From Mobula hypostoma (taxonomy: Eukaryota): a stretch of 64,000 nucleotides of DNA. The DNA is taken from NCBI RefSeq assembly GCF_963921235.1, contig NC_086108.1, positions 3,472,001-3,536,000 of the forward strand. The letters are read 5' to 3'. Each line of letters starts with the position of its first letter. Within the stretch, counting starts at the first letter, position 1. The notes under the pieces were generated by a model. It searched no databases. It was not told where the DNA came from and worked only from the letters and a program-made list of their open reading frames with translations. Position numbers and translations under genes: made by a program. Shown here in pieces: positions 1 to 12,559 of the stretch.

Positions 1-325
1 GTGTAGGTAGACTAGACAAAGTATCCGTTTCCCAGGGTTGAACTGACAAATACCAGAGGGCATGCATTGAAGGTGAGAGGGTACAGTTTTTTACTCAGAG
101 AATGGTGGATGCCTGGAATGTGCTGCCCGGTATGGTGGTAGAGGCAAATACATTAGCGGTTTTTAAGAGACGGGCACATGGATGTGAGGAAGGTGGAGGG
201 ATATGGACATGGTGTAGGGAGGAGGGAATAGTATTTAGGTATTTTTGATCTGCTTTTTAGCTGGTTCAGCACAATATTGTGGGCCAAATGGCCTGTTCCT
301 CTACTGTACTCTTCTATGTTATATT
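1..325 (+). mobile_element. CR1 LINE 3'-end fragment
   Basis: Resembles the C-terminal ORF2/3'-UTR of the other CR1 copies here (accagagggcatgc..., gggccaaatggcctgttc..., ttctatgt tail). Confidence 0.7.
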
Positions 326-339
326 TGTTATAGGTCCTT

Positions 340-625
340 TGGAAGTCAAAGAATGAGGCAATACAACTTACTGCTTACAGCCATTTCATTAAATATTACA
401 AGAGCGGAAAGCAAATGGGAGGAGCTCAGAGAACAAAGAAAAAGGAAAAAGCAGTCTTGTACCAGACCAATGATAACAAAATTCCAGTGATAAGAATTAA
501 CCAATAAAATGGCCAGGTCGAAGCAGTGCAACACCTGCTACTAGAATTTAAGAAGTTTCTAGAAGTAACTGTACTGTAATTGCTGGAAAATTCACTGAGC
601 AATTGCATATAGGTGACTGTCAGAA
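340..625. repeat. Unclassified interspersed repeat; second copy at ~59045-59730
   Basis: Shared blocks aagaatgaggca, agccatttYattaaa, gaaaaagcagt, ccagtgataa, acacctgctact, aactgtactgtaattgctggaaaattca, tataggtga. Confidence 0.75.
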
Positions 626-1090
626 TTGGGTTTAATACCACCAGCATATGTCGTGAAATTTGTTGTAATTGTGGCAGCAGTGCAATGCAATACATAATAG
701 CAGTGAGGAGAAAAACTGAATGAAAGTAAGTTTATTAAATAGTTAAATAAGTAGTGTAAAAAAAAGAAATCAAATAGTGAGGTAGTGCTTATAAAATATA
801 TGCATAGCAAAGTTAAATTACAAGAAAAATAATAATTTTAAACCCCAGTCCGACAATGAAATGTTTTGCTAGTGTTCATCATTGTGGTACATTTAGAAAT
901 GTGACAATCAATTTGTAGCGTGCTTCTACAGAAGCTATGGCCCAAAGATACCAGCAAGAGCTCTTTGCTGTTATTGCTACAGGGACTTGGCCTAGGGTCC
1001 CTTGAGAAGAAGCAGCAGAGAGTCTCATCCAAAGGACAGCATCTCTGAGCAAACAATACTGGCATGCTGGCCTGGATTTTTGTCATTTAA

Positions 1091-4040
1091 TAACCATATA
1101 ACAATTACAGCACGGAAACAGGCCATCTCAGCCCTTCTAGTCCGTGCCGAACTCTTACTCTCACCTAGTACCACCGATCTGCACTCAGCCCATAACCCTC
1201 CATTCCTTTCCTGTCCATAGAGCTATCCAATTTAACTTTAAATGACAACATCGAACCTGCCTCAACCACTTCTGCTGGAAGCTCATTTCACACAGCTACC
1301 ACACTCTGAGTAAAGTTCCCCCTCATGTTACCCCTAAACTTTTGCCCTTTAACTCTCAACTCATGTCCTCTTGTTTGAATCTCCCCAACTCTCAATAGAA
1401 AAATCCTATCCACGTCAACTCTATCTATCCCCTTCATAATTTTAAATACCTCTATCAAGTCCCCCCTCAATTTTATCCCTCACTATCCTTTTGCTATTAA
1501 TATAATTGTAGAAACCCTTTGGATTTATTTTCACCTTACTTGCCAAAGCAACCTCATATCTTCTTTTAGCTTTTCTAATTTCTTTCTTAAGATTCTTTTT
1601 ACATTCTTAATATTCCTCGAACACCTCATTTACTCCAAGCTGCCTATATTTATTGTAGGTCTCTCTCTTTTTCCAAACCAAGTTTCCAATATCACTTGAA
1701 AACCATGGCTCTCTCAAACTTTTAACCTTTCCTTTCAACCTAACAGGAACATAAAGGTTCTGTACCCTCAAAATTTCACCTTTAAATTACCTCCATTTCT
1801 CTATTACATCCTTCCCATAAAACAAATTGTCCCAATCCACTCCTTCTAAATCCTTTCGCGTCTCCTTAAAGTTAGCCTTTCTCCAATCAAAAATCTCAAC
1901 CCTGGGTCCAGTCCTATCCTTCTCCATAATTATATTGAATCTAACGGTATTGTGATCACTGGACCCGAAATGCTCCCCAACACATACCTCTGTCACCTGC
2001 CCTGTCTCATTCCCTAACAGGAGATCCAACACTGCCCCTTCTCTAGTTGGTATCTCTATGTATTGCTGCAAAAAACCATCTTGCACACATTTTACAAACT
2101 CCAAACCATCCAGCTCTTTTACAGAATGGGTTTCCCAGTCTATGTGTGGAAAATTAAAATCTCCCACAATCACAGCCTTGTGCTTACTACAAATATCAGC
2201 TATCTCCTTACAAATTTGCTCCTCCAATTCTCGCTGCCCATCAGGTGGTCTATAATACACCCCTATAAGCATTACTACATCTTTCCCATTCCTCAATTCC
2301 ACCCAAATAGCCTCCCTAGACGAGTCCTCTAATCTATCCTGCCAGAGCACCGCTGTAGTATTTTCTCTGACAAGCAACGCAACACCTCCCCCTCTTGCTC
2401 CTCCGATTCTACCACACCTGAAGCAACGAAATCCAGGAATATTCAGTTGCCAATCACACCCCTCCTGCAACCATGTTTCACTAATAGCTACAACATCATA
2501 TTTCCAGGTATCAATCCATGCTGTAAGCTCATCCACCTTTCTTACAATGCTCCTAGCATTAAAATAGATGCATTTAAGAAACTCTCCACCTCTTACTCTC
2601 TGGTTATCCCTAATGGAGCAAACAACTTTGTTATCTTTTTCTTCCTTCTCCCCCACATCTTCGGTCTGAGTGCTCCCGTTCTCTGTCCCCTGCCTATCCT
2701 CCCTCACATACTGTCTACTAGCTCTCTCCATCTGTGAACCAACCTCCTCCCTCCTAGTCTCTTCAATTTGATTCCCACCCCCCAACCATTCTAGTTTAGT
2801 CTCCTCAGTAGCCTCTGCAAATCTCCCCGCCAGGATATTGGTCCCCCTAGGATTCAAGTGCGACCCGTCCTTTTTGTACAGGTCACACCTGCGCCAAAAG
2901 AGGTCCCAATGATCCAGAAACTTGAATCCCTGCCCCCTGCGCTAATCCCTCAGCCACACATTTATCCTCTACCTCATTCCATTCCTACTCTCACTGTTGC
3001 GTGGCACAGGCAGTAATCCTGAGATCACTACCTTTGCGGTCCTTCTTCTCAACTGCCTTCCTCACTCCCTATATTCTCCTTTCAGGATCTCTTCCCTTTT
3101 CCTACCTATGTCATTGCTACCCACATATACCACGACCTCTGGCTCCTCGCCCTCCCACTTCAGAATATCTTGGACGCGATCAGAAACATCCCAGACCCTG
3201 GCACCGGGGAGGCAAATTACCATCCGGGTCTCCTGACTGCGTCCACAGAATCGCCTATTTGACCCCCTAACTATTGAGTCCCCTATTACTACTGCCCTCC
3301 TCTTTCTTTCCCTATCCTTCTGAGCTACAGGGCCGGACTCTGAGCCAGAGGCACGGCCACTGTTGCTTCCCCCAGGTAAGCTGTTCCTCCCAACAGTACT
3401 CAAACAGGAGTACCTATTGTCAAGGGGCACAGCCACCGGGGTACTCTCTATTACCTGACACTTCCCCTTCCCCCTCCTAACTGTGACCCACTTGTCTGCC
3501 TCCCGTGGCCCCGGTGTGACCACCTACCTGTAACTCCTCTCTATCAACTCCTCACTCTCCTTGACCAGACGAAGGTCATCGAGCTGCAGCTCCAGTCCCC
3601 TAACACAGTCCCTTAGGAGCTGCATCTCGGCGCATCTGGCACAGATGTGGATGTCCGGGAGGCTAGGAGACTCCAGGACCTCCCACATCTGACACCAAGA
3701 ACAGCAAGCTGCCCTCACACTCATACTTCCCCCCTTTCCTCAAATAACAGGGAAAATTGAAAACCAAACCTACTTTACCTCGCCTGTTTCCACCTAAGCC
3801 CGTTGAGCCAAAGCCCTTAAGCTTTCAGTCTACTCCCAGCTCACTCCGCAGCCTGCAAAACGTGCTGCCCGCTGTATACAGCTGTGTTCGTTTTAAATCT
3901 TCCGCGCTTCACTGCCCGACGTCACACGCCTACGCAGTCCCGCCTCTCTTAACTCCGATGATGAGAAGAAAAAAATCAAAATGGCTCCCGCCGCACTCCC
4001 GCTCCGATTCTCAGACTTGCTTCTCCGAATCTGGTGGGTC
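1091..4040 (-). mobile_element. CR1 LINE with ORF1 (Zn-finger + GDSL/SGNH esterase) and ORF2 APE domain; RT region deleted
   Basis: ORF1 CxxC..HxCxxC and VIGDSIVRG (3724-3062, stop at 3524-3526); APE motifs YFNARS, ISETWL, GDFNFP, SDH (ORF 1787-2857). Sequence jumps at ~1470 from the post-APE linker to the C-terminal RGDLIEVFKI region. Confidence 0.9.
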
Positions 4041-4486
4041 CAGTATTTCATAATAGCAGTTGCCCCTGCAGCATGCAATACAAGTTTGTGGGCCGAAGGG
4101 CCTGTACTGTGCCGTACTATTCTATGTTCTATCTAAGTGGTTTATGCACATCATGACAATCTAATAGTAGAATATTCTAATACAAGAGTAGGTATTCAGG
4201 GATTCATCCCTGTTCCCAATCTACTGATGCATCTATGAAGTTACTAAAACACTCATCAGGAAGCGGGTACAGAAACCTGAAGGCACACACTCAGTGATTC
4301 AGGAACACTTCTTTCAATATGTACATTTAATTCAGACAAATGTATACAATATACATCCTGAAGTTCGTTTTCTTTTTCTTTCCCTCTGCCATCTGATTTC
4401 TGACTGGCCATTGAAACTTTGAACACTATCTCACTACTTTCCTTATTTCTGTTTTTGCACTAATTTAATTTAACAACCTGATTTGT

Positions 4487-6030
4487 GTTTTTTTTTTCTT
4501 GCCCCTTATGGGTGGTGTGATTGTGTATTTTCCCTACCAGAGGCCTGGGAGCCTCAGGGTTCAGTGCAGTATGCTTGCTGTTCCCAGTGGTGTGTTTTTC
4601 TGGACCTGGATCTCAGATGTTGTTCCCAGGATTTGTTGGAGCCGCTCTCCCAGTCCAGGTGTAATAGCCCAAAGTGCTCGTATCACTATCGGGATTACTC
4701 TGGCTTTAACTTTCTGTACCCTTTCCATCTTCTCTTTCAAGCCCTGATATTTCTCCAGCTTCTTGTTCTTTCTTCCTGATGTTACTGTCATTTGGGATTG
4801 ACGTGTCCATTACTATTGCTTTCTTTTTGTTCCTTGTCTGGTTGTTTGGCCAGTAACTGCTTGTTAGTCTGTATTTGGAAGTCCCACAGGATCGTGGCTC
4901 TGTCATTCTCCACGACCTCCTCGGGTGTTTCCCATTTCGACTTGGGAGTGTCCAATCCATAGTCAGTGCAGATGTTCCTGTACACGATTCCTACAACTTG
5001 GTTGTGCTGTTCTGTGTGTGCTCTCCCTGCCTGTATCTTGTACCCTGCTACTATGTGCGAGATGGTTTCAGCTGATCCTTTGCACAGTCTGCATCCTGGG
5101 TCTTGTCTGGTGTGATAGACCCCTGCTTTTACTGCTCAGCACCTGTTCTGGTGCAGCCACGAGCAGCACCTCTGCTGTCCCTGAGCCCTGCCATTTCCAG
5201 CCACTAGTAGGGCTTTCTTATGTCAGCCGCCTCTGATATCTGGTGGTGGGACATCCCATGCAGTGTATTGTCCTGCCATGGCCTCTGATCCTCTCACAGT
5301 TTCACTCACTTCCATTTCCATGCCCACTGCCTGCTATCTGAGGTATTCTCCTAGCAGGTCATCCTTGGGGGGGGGGAGGGGGAGGGCATCTTCCTGATGT
5401 TTCACATTTCTTCCAGGACTGTGCCCTTGACACTTCCAAGTCCTCATCCTCCTTAATTCTGATGGGTGTATAGTCACTCGACGTTGGACTTTGGATGGAA
5501 TCCTCCTTTTATTGCTAGTAATTTCCGGGTCTTGATGTCAGCAGCTTCCAGTTCGTTCCTCGGCCACTGCACTATTTCGGCTGAGTATCTGATGACTGGT
5601 AGGGCGAATGTGTTGATGGCTCTGATCATGTTCTTCCCATTCAGCTGGCTTTTTAGGACCTGTCTCACTCTTGGGAGGTACTTAGATGTTGCAGCCTTCC
5701 TTGTGTCCTCATTGTGGCTTCCATGCGCCTGCTGGATCCCCAGGCATGTATAGATGTCCTGTACATCTGATAATGTGGCCTTCAGGTAACTCGACTCTTT
5801 CAGTCCTGATGAGTTTGCCTCTTTTCACTACCATCCAGCTGCACTTTTCCAGTTCAGATGACACCCTGATGTCTCTGCTGTACACCCCTGTCAGGTGGAT
5901 TAGTGAGTCAATAGCTTTCATTTCTGCATACAACGTGATGTCATCCATGTACAGGAGGTGGCTGATGAGGTCATCCTATTCTTGAACCTGTACCCATATC
6001 CGCTCTGAGATGATCTGGCTTATGTGCCCA
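4487..6030 (-). mobile_element. Degraded R4/Dong-like (restriction-endonuclease clade) non-LTR retrotransposon, 3' half
   Basis: YMDDI RT motif (~5950); RQVLKSQLNGKNMIRAINTFALPVIRY; WETPEEVVENDRATILWDFQIQT..QPD..IPNDSNIRKKE..KLEKYQ (RLE domain); poly(A)-like end at ~4487-4500. Confidence 0.8.
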
Positions 6031-6412
6031 TGAAAACCTCCAGGTGAGAGTGACAAGAACAGAAGAGTCATGCAGCCTGGATTAACAAGGTCCACGCCAA
6101 AGTTTGGGGAACCAGGACAATCTGGTGAGAAATTGGCTACTGGAGCAACAATAAGTGGATGAGACTAGACATGTGGTGTGTGTGTATGTATGTGTGTATT
6201 TCGATATGCTGGTGGTATTAAACTTGATTTTTATTTCCATGTGGTAGTTCCTGTTGGGTGGTGCCTGAAGATAGCCTAATAGAACTTAATGTATGGTATT
6301 AAAGGACAAATGTAACTTTTTTTGTATTACGCTGAGATGTAATTGGGTGAAAGGTAATTACTTTTTCTGTTTCTGCTGTTTATGACCTGTCTTTTTTTTC
6401 TTTCTTTTCTAG

Positions 6413-6466
6413 TTTAATAGCCTCAAGCAGAAACTTGAAGATGTGTTTCCTAACGAACTAGACATC
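6413..6466 (+). CDS. SELENOW: Selenoprotein W-type gene, internal coding exon (FNSLKQKLEDVFPNELDI)
   Basis: Long polypyrimidine tract + ttttctag acceptor, gtaagt donor, 54 nt phase 0-0. The peptide aligns to mammalian SelW YLQLKKKLEDEFPGRLDI, which is also a 54-nt exon (recalled). Confidence 0.9.
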
Positions 6467-7469
6467 GTAAGTGGTTGCTACTAAGATGCTTCTTACAGTC
6501 AACATCCATGTCGTTTGGTGTCCTTGAATTAGGGGAAAAAGTTGTTTGTATAATGTTTTTCCTGGCCAATTCATAAAACATGCAACAAAGTTCACTTATA
6601 ATGTTTTTTTTTTCTTCTTGCTTTGAGATTTAGCCTAATAGCTAAGCCTCAAAACATAACCAATTCCCAAATGGTTAAGTAAAACTTAATAACAAGATCT
6701 AAAATGCCTTAAACCTCGAAATGACACTCCTTTCATTATCTTGGTCCATGGGAAAAACACAAGCTGGACTGGATCGTTCCTGGCTGGGTTGCTTAGACAA
6801 GGGTGTCTAACATTGAAAAACCCAAAACACCCGAAGACCTCAGGGTTGATGATGCGTCCCAGTGCATACCAGGTTAATAAAGCCAAGTAGTGTTGGACCA
6901 AATCAAAGTGGCAGCATCAAGTGACACTGAATATTCCATAACGAGATCTAGAAATGAGAGATAACTCTCCCACTGCTCACCTAACCAAAAACTGACTTTA
7001 CGCCCCTCCCCCTCTTGGTTTCACCTATCACCTTGTCACCTTGTACTACTTCCTCCCCTCCTCTCACTTCTCTTCCTTTCAGTCCTGATGAAAAGTTTTG
7101 GGCCAAAACCTTACTCTTTTCCATGGATGCTGCCGAGTTCCTCCAGCATTTTGTGTTACTTGTTATTTTTCCGTTGTTGCATTAGCCTGAGAGCAGAACC
7201 TTCAGATAGTCCCTCAGTACTAAGATGTCACCTGAGATTTTGAACTCGTTTCTGGAGTGGCACCCTACAACCTATTTACCAGGGTGAGAGTATCACTTTA
7301 TCAGCTGTGAATGAGACGAAGGGAAATTACCTGAGTTCTTGGGAAAGGCATATTAGGTTAGCACTAGAGCATAGGAGAATGAGGGGAGATCTGATAGAGG
7401 GATACAAAATTGAGGGGTAAATACAGGTAGGCTTTTTGCACTGAGATTGGGTGAGACTAGAACTACGAA

Positions 7470-8875
7470 GAAAGATTAGCAGCAGCTCTATTTCCTCAGG
7501 TGTTTGTGGCGAGTCAGCGCGACATCAAAAACTGACGCATTTCTGCAGACGTGTAGTGGAGAGTATATTGACTGGCTGCATCACAGCCTGGTACGGAAAC
7601 ATCTGAATGCAAAATCTTATGTAACGCTCAGTTATATTGGCTCGTATATGTTGAGGGGAAATCCCACCCAGCACCGGCCCGAACGCTTCCCACAGAGTCA
7701 CTGGCTGCACCACTGCCGCCCGAATCAATCCCAAACATCAATCACCAGCCAGCCCACACAGTACGTTTTACCAAGTACACTTTATAGATATTACTCAGTC
7801 TATGAAATTAATATAAATTCGATACAGAAAAGGAAGTCATGGAAAAAAAAGGCGCCAGACTTATCAAAGTCGAAGTTCTTCGTGCACAACAGTTGGAGCT
7901 CAATAGATTCCTGACGACCACCCGGATCCTGTCGACTCACGGCTCGGGACCACCTGAAGTGATTGACCGGAGCCTCTTCGCACGTCCGCCGTCCTCCCCG
8001 TCTCTCCTCCGTCTCCCCGTCTCTCCACTGACTCCCCGTCTCTCCACCGTCCTCCTTGTCTCTCCTCCGACTCCCCCCAAAAACCCCCACACGTCCACCG
8101 TCCTCCTCGTCTCTCCTCCGACTCCCCCCAAAAACCCCCGCACGTCCACTGTCATATGATACAGCATTATCATCCGAAAACAAAACGATACATGACCACC
8201 CATTGGCTAATAGCACCCTGCTGTCTGTATTAACCCAAGCAAATGTTCTCAGCATTTAACATAACAAAGAAGCATTCCCCAGTATAACATAACAAAGAAG
8301 CCATTTTAAATTTAACATACAAAAAAAGACCCCGTACACTCACAAAAAGTAGTGGTTACAGCCCAGTCCATCACGGGTAAAGCCCTCTCCACCGTTGATC
8401 ACATTTGCATGAAAAGGCTGTCACAGGAAAGTAGCATCCGTCATCAGGGATGTGTACCAACCTGGACATGCTCTTTTCTTGCTACTGCCATAAGGAAGGA
8501 GGTACAGGAGCTGCAGGATCCAAACCACCAGGTTCAGGAAGTGTTATCACCCCTCCACCATCAGGCTCTTCAACTAAAGGGGATAACTTCGCTCAACTTC
8601 ACTTGCCCCATCATTGAAATGTTCCCACAACCAATGGACTCACTTTCAAGGACTTCATCTCATGTTCTTGATATTTATTACTTATTATTTCTCTCTTTGT
8701 ATTTGCAGTTTGTTGTCTTCTGCACTCTGGTTGAATGCCCTAGTTGGGTGGTCTTTCACTGGTTGTGTTAAAGTTATTCTATAGATTTATTGAGTAAGCC
8801 CACAGGAAAATGAATCTTAGGATTGTATATGGTGACATGCAGTATATGTATTTCAATAATATAATTTACTTTGAG
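7470..8875 (+). mobile_element. Rex1/Babar LINE 3' fragment interrupted by a solo LTR
   Basis: gtggagagtatattgactggctgcatcacagcctggtacgg (ESILTGCITAWYG) before 7619, resuming caaaaagtagtgg...gcccagtccatcac after 8342. Confidence 0.75.
7620..8338. mobile_element. Solo LTR (Gypsy-type), 719 bp
   Basis: TGTAAC...GTACA termini; 4-bp TSD ctta/ctca (1 mismatch); cleanly splits a Rex1 element; internal 51-bp tandem duplication 8043-8144. Confidence 0.75.
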
Positions 8876-10282
8876 CTAGAGGTCATGAGTTAAGTGCAAA
8901 AGGCAAAATGTTTAGGGGGAACATGATGGAGAAGTTCATTCATGATAGTGACAGTGTGGAATGAGCTACAGGTAGAAGTGATGGATGTAGGTTGGAGAAG
9001 TTTGGATAGGTACATGGATGGAAGGGGCATGGAGGGCAATGGTCCCGGGAGTAGACATGGGCTGAAGGGTCTGGTTCTGCTCCATAGTGCTCTGACTCTG
9101 AAGGAAAAGAACCCAATCTTGTAGTTTTGATTTTCTGTAATGTCACAGCTCAGAAATAAACAGTGCACACTAAAGCTTTTTCTGTCAAGGCGTATTTGTA
9201 CTTTACCTTCAGGTGTAGAATGACCATGGAGATCTTGATACAGCCTGTTATGGGTTAAGTTGCAGGTCACATTACTGAAAAGGTGTGGTGAGAGGAGATG
9301 CATGGATTGAAAATTGTGGTTGAGGAAAGATCGTAAAGTTCAATGTTTTTTATCTGCGTGTATATATGTATATTGAATAGTTTAATAAGTAGTGCAAAAA
9401 CAGAAATAAAGTAAGTAGGGAGCTAGTGTCCATGGGTTCACTGTCCGTTCAGAAATTGGATGGCACAGGGGACAAGGTTGTTCCTGAATTGTTGAGCATG
9501 TGCCTTCAGGCTTCAGATATTCACAGTAGAACAAAGAAATGCAATAGAATCAATGGGAAAAACTATGCACAAAAACTGACAGTGCAAATAGGGAAAAAAC
9601 TAATCGTAAGTAAGTAAATAAGTAATATTGAGAAGATGAGTTGTAGAGTCCTTGATAGTGAGTCTGGATAGTTGTGGAATCAGTTTAGTGTTGTGGTGAG
9701 TGAAGTTATCCACACTGGTTCAGGAGGCTGATAGTTGTAGGGTAATAACTGTTCCTGAACCTGGTGGTAATATAATAATTCAGTGACAAAGGTCACATGA
9801 GAATGCATATGCTTAGATATGAAGGAAAAACCAAGATTCTGGAGCAGTTCAAGCAGTACCTGAGGAGGTTAAGATACCCCATGTTCACTCTCTATTCCTC
9901 TCATAATCATGTAAACCTCTATCAGATCTCCCCTCAGCTCCCACTGCTCCAGAGAAAACAACCCAAGTTTATCCAGCCTCTCATGATAGGCAGCATCCTG
10001 GTGAATCTCTTCTGCACCCTCTCCAAAGCCTCCACATCCTTCCTATAGTGGGATGACCAAATAATTGTAGGATTTAAGGGGAGGTGATTTTGTCATGAAG
10101 GATATCAATGGTTTGGAATTAACCATCTGAGAAAATTGAGACAACCTCTTGTAGGCATTAAAATGAGCGTGTATTTGTACTGTCTTCTGAAGAACTGGAA
10201 GATTGGATTGGGCTGTTTGACCAGAAGAGAGGCAGTGGACTGAATATTAATAGCCTATTGTAAATTTTCTAAGCTTATTGAG

Positions 10283-10530
10283 TAATGTGTCACAGTTGCG
10301 TAGTGCTTAGCATGATGATATTACAGCTTGGGGCATCGGAGTTCACTTTTGGCGTCATCCGTGAGGAGTCTGAACGCCCTCCCTCCCTGTGGAATGCGTG
10401 GGTCTTCTCCAGGTGCTCTGGTTTCCTCCCACAGTCCAAAGACGTACCGGGTAGATTAATTGGTCATTGTAAGTTGTCCATGATTAGATTAGGGTTAAAT
10501 TAGGGGCTGCCGGGCGGTGCTGCTCAAAGG
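10283..10530 (+). mobile_element. V-SINE / HE1-like SINE (other copies ~41560-41850 +, ~53075-53360 -, ~57490-57765 -, ~63600-63780 -, ~63820-64000 +)
   Basis: V-SINE core gcgtgggtYttctccRggtgctcYggtttcctcccacagtccaaagac..ggt..attggtcattgtaa. Confidence 0.75.
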
Positions 10531-10884
10531 GTCAATTCCATTTCCAGACAAGCACCGTCTATGTCAGTGAGGCTTGATGCTTCGTCCTCTCACATACAAG
10601 TCAATAATCCTATATAGAATATCAGTAAAAAAAATACAATGAGGCAGAATGTGCATGTATGTAGTCCAGCACCCCCTCCCCACCCCCAAACGTCCGCTAG
10701 GCAGTACAGTGGCTTAGAGGCCTTGCAGGCACATAGAGTATTATAAAACACAACCAGACAAATGTGTATGTATCCTGTGCTATACCTTAATTAATAAATA
10801 AATAAATCCATAAGTTTCTGCTGACCGACTGGCAGGTTCCTTTTTGTTCTACGACACATTAATTTACCTTTTTTTTTTCTTCAG

Positions 10885-10965
10885 TTCGGGACACCAGTTT
10901 CTGGAAACACTGGCTGCTTTGAGGTTAAAATAAAGAAGTCCGGCAAACTTCTTCATTCTAAGCTG
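10885..10965 (+). CDS. SELENOW: Selenoprotein W-type gene, coding exon (FGTPVSGNTGCFEVKIKKSGKLLHSKL)
   Basis: T-rich tract ending ttcttcag acceptor, gttagt donor, 81 nt phase 0-0. Contains the Rdx-family tGxFEV motif and the GKLxHSK motif of SelW. Confidence 0.92.
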
Positions 10966-11419
10966 GTTAGTAATGACTGTGCTGTAACCTGTCTCTGTGG
11001 GTGGCTGGTGGACAGATTTACCATGCTGACTTTCCAAACGACTGATTTCAAGCTTGGTGTTGTATTTAACTTTGCATCTGGAACAAACTTACACTGTGTG
11101 CTCCAAATATGTGGCAATGCCTGGTTACCTTGCTTGATACAAGAACATGACAACGAATGGCCCTAGAAATTATATTCCAACATGTCTGCCTATCTTGGTT
11201 AGAACTGCAATTCTTATTCCATTCCAGACATGGATCAAGCCATGCCTTGTTGACTTCAAAGGGTAATTTGGTTTGGAGTGGGTTACCTGGAAAAGGAGTA
11301 AATGTTTTGCCAAGTTTGATCATGTTTTAAGCAAACCTTTTTTCTTGATTTTACACTTGGAGGAGAAAGGGATTTCCATACTGCACAAAATTGTGGGGAG
11401 CCAGTGAAGACGAACACTT

Positions 11420-11900
11420 CCCATCTCTTCTCACCTGCTTATCACCTCCCCCGCTGACCCTCCTCCTTCCTTCTCTCCCATCAAGATTGCTTCTTCTCCA
11501 GCCTTTTACCTTCCCACTTTTCATCTCCCAGCTTCTTACTTCATCCCTCCCCCTCCCACCCCTCCAGTGAAGACAAATGCATTCCACCTCACCTCCTGAT
11601 GCCCCTCCTCCTTCCCTTTCTCGCACAGTCCACTCTCCCATCAGATTACTGCTTTCCCAGCCTTTTACCTTTTCCACCTATTGCTTCTTGGCTTCTCATT
11701 TCACCCCCATCCCTCCCCCATCTGCCTGGCTTCACCTATCACCTAGCTTGTGTATCTTCCCCACCCCCCCACCCATCCACCTGTTTACTCTGGCTTCTTC
11801 CCCCTTCCTTTCCAGTCCTGAAGACTGGTCTCAGCCCGAAATGTTGACTGTTTATGTGTTTCCATAGATGCCGCCTGATCTTGCTGTGTTTCTCCACACT
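11420..11900 (+). mobile_element. Penelope-like element 3' region
   Basis: Pyrimidine-rich tract ending cctgaagactggtctcagcccgaaatgttgactg..gatgccgcctg, the same terminal motif that follows the GIY-YIG ORF at 60758-61526. Confidence 0.65.
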
Positions 11901-12288
11901 CTAGTAAATGTGAGAAGAACATGGCTCCCGTAACGTGTTGCTGGCATTTCCTTATACTCTTTTTGAGTGCTATTTCTTCAAATTTAGTGTGGTGCTAGAA
12001 TTTCTGACATGCAATCAAATATACATTAGATACAAGCGTCTTTCCTCAGCACTACCTCCACAGATGCTAGCTGACCTACTTTATTTTCAGCTTTTTGTCT
12101 TTGAACAATGGTATATCCCCACTGAAGTAAATGGATTTCAAGGTCGTTTCTGAAGGCTGACAATTGCCTAGTATGTGTTACTACCCAGATCCATATTGAA
12201 AATGAAATGACCTTTAATGCTATTTTTAAGATGTTCCTTTAACCAGTGAAACTGCAACATGACCATGCCTTCATTTATTCTCAAACAG

Positions 12289-12363
12289 GGTGGTGAGGGC
12301 CATGTTGAAGAAATACATCTTAAGAAGATAATCAAAGGAATCGAAGCAGCCCTTGGAAAGTAA
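12289..12363 (+). CDS. SELENOW: Selenoprotein W-type gene, last coding exon (GGEGHVEEIHLKKIIKGIEAALGK*); exon continues as UTR to donor at 12390
   Basis: tttattctcaaacag acceptor; aligns to SelW [26 protein letters not shown]; TAA at 12361-12363; AAG|gtgaga donor after 12390. Confidence 0.88.
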   Translation, partial: GGEGHVEEIHLKKIIKGIEAALGK

Positions 12364-12559
12364 CAATATGATTCTCAAGTAATTCTCAAGGTGAGATGCT
12401 GACCTAATGTGTAACCTGTAGGTTTGGTAACCAGTCCGCAGGGAGTTGACTACAGTGTCTAACTCTGAAACTATATTCACCTGAGATGCAAGATTCTGTT
12501 TCTGGTTTATTGAATAGATCTAGCACTTCCTTGGTCCCTAAACTTTAATTCCATCCAAT

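Noticed and set aside
245..490. Exon-like open frame after ttgttatag
   Set aside because: Lies in an interspersed repeat with a second copy at ~59 kb; no SelW similarity.
6257..6273. GGT GCC TGA resembling the SelW GAU (Sec) codon context
   Set aside because: Followed by AGA TAG, with no GY motif and no acceptor/donor pair giving the expected ~25-nt exon; the Sec exon is probably outside the window.
6413..6420. Alternative acceptor AG at 6419-6420
   Set aside because: Would give a 46-nt out-of-frame exon; the 54-nt exon matches SelW.
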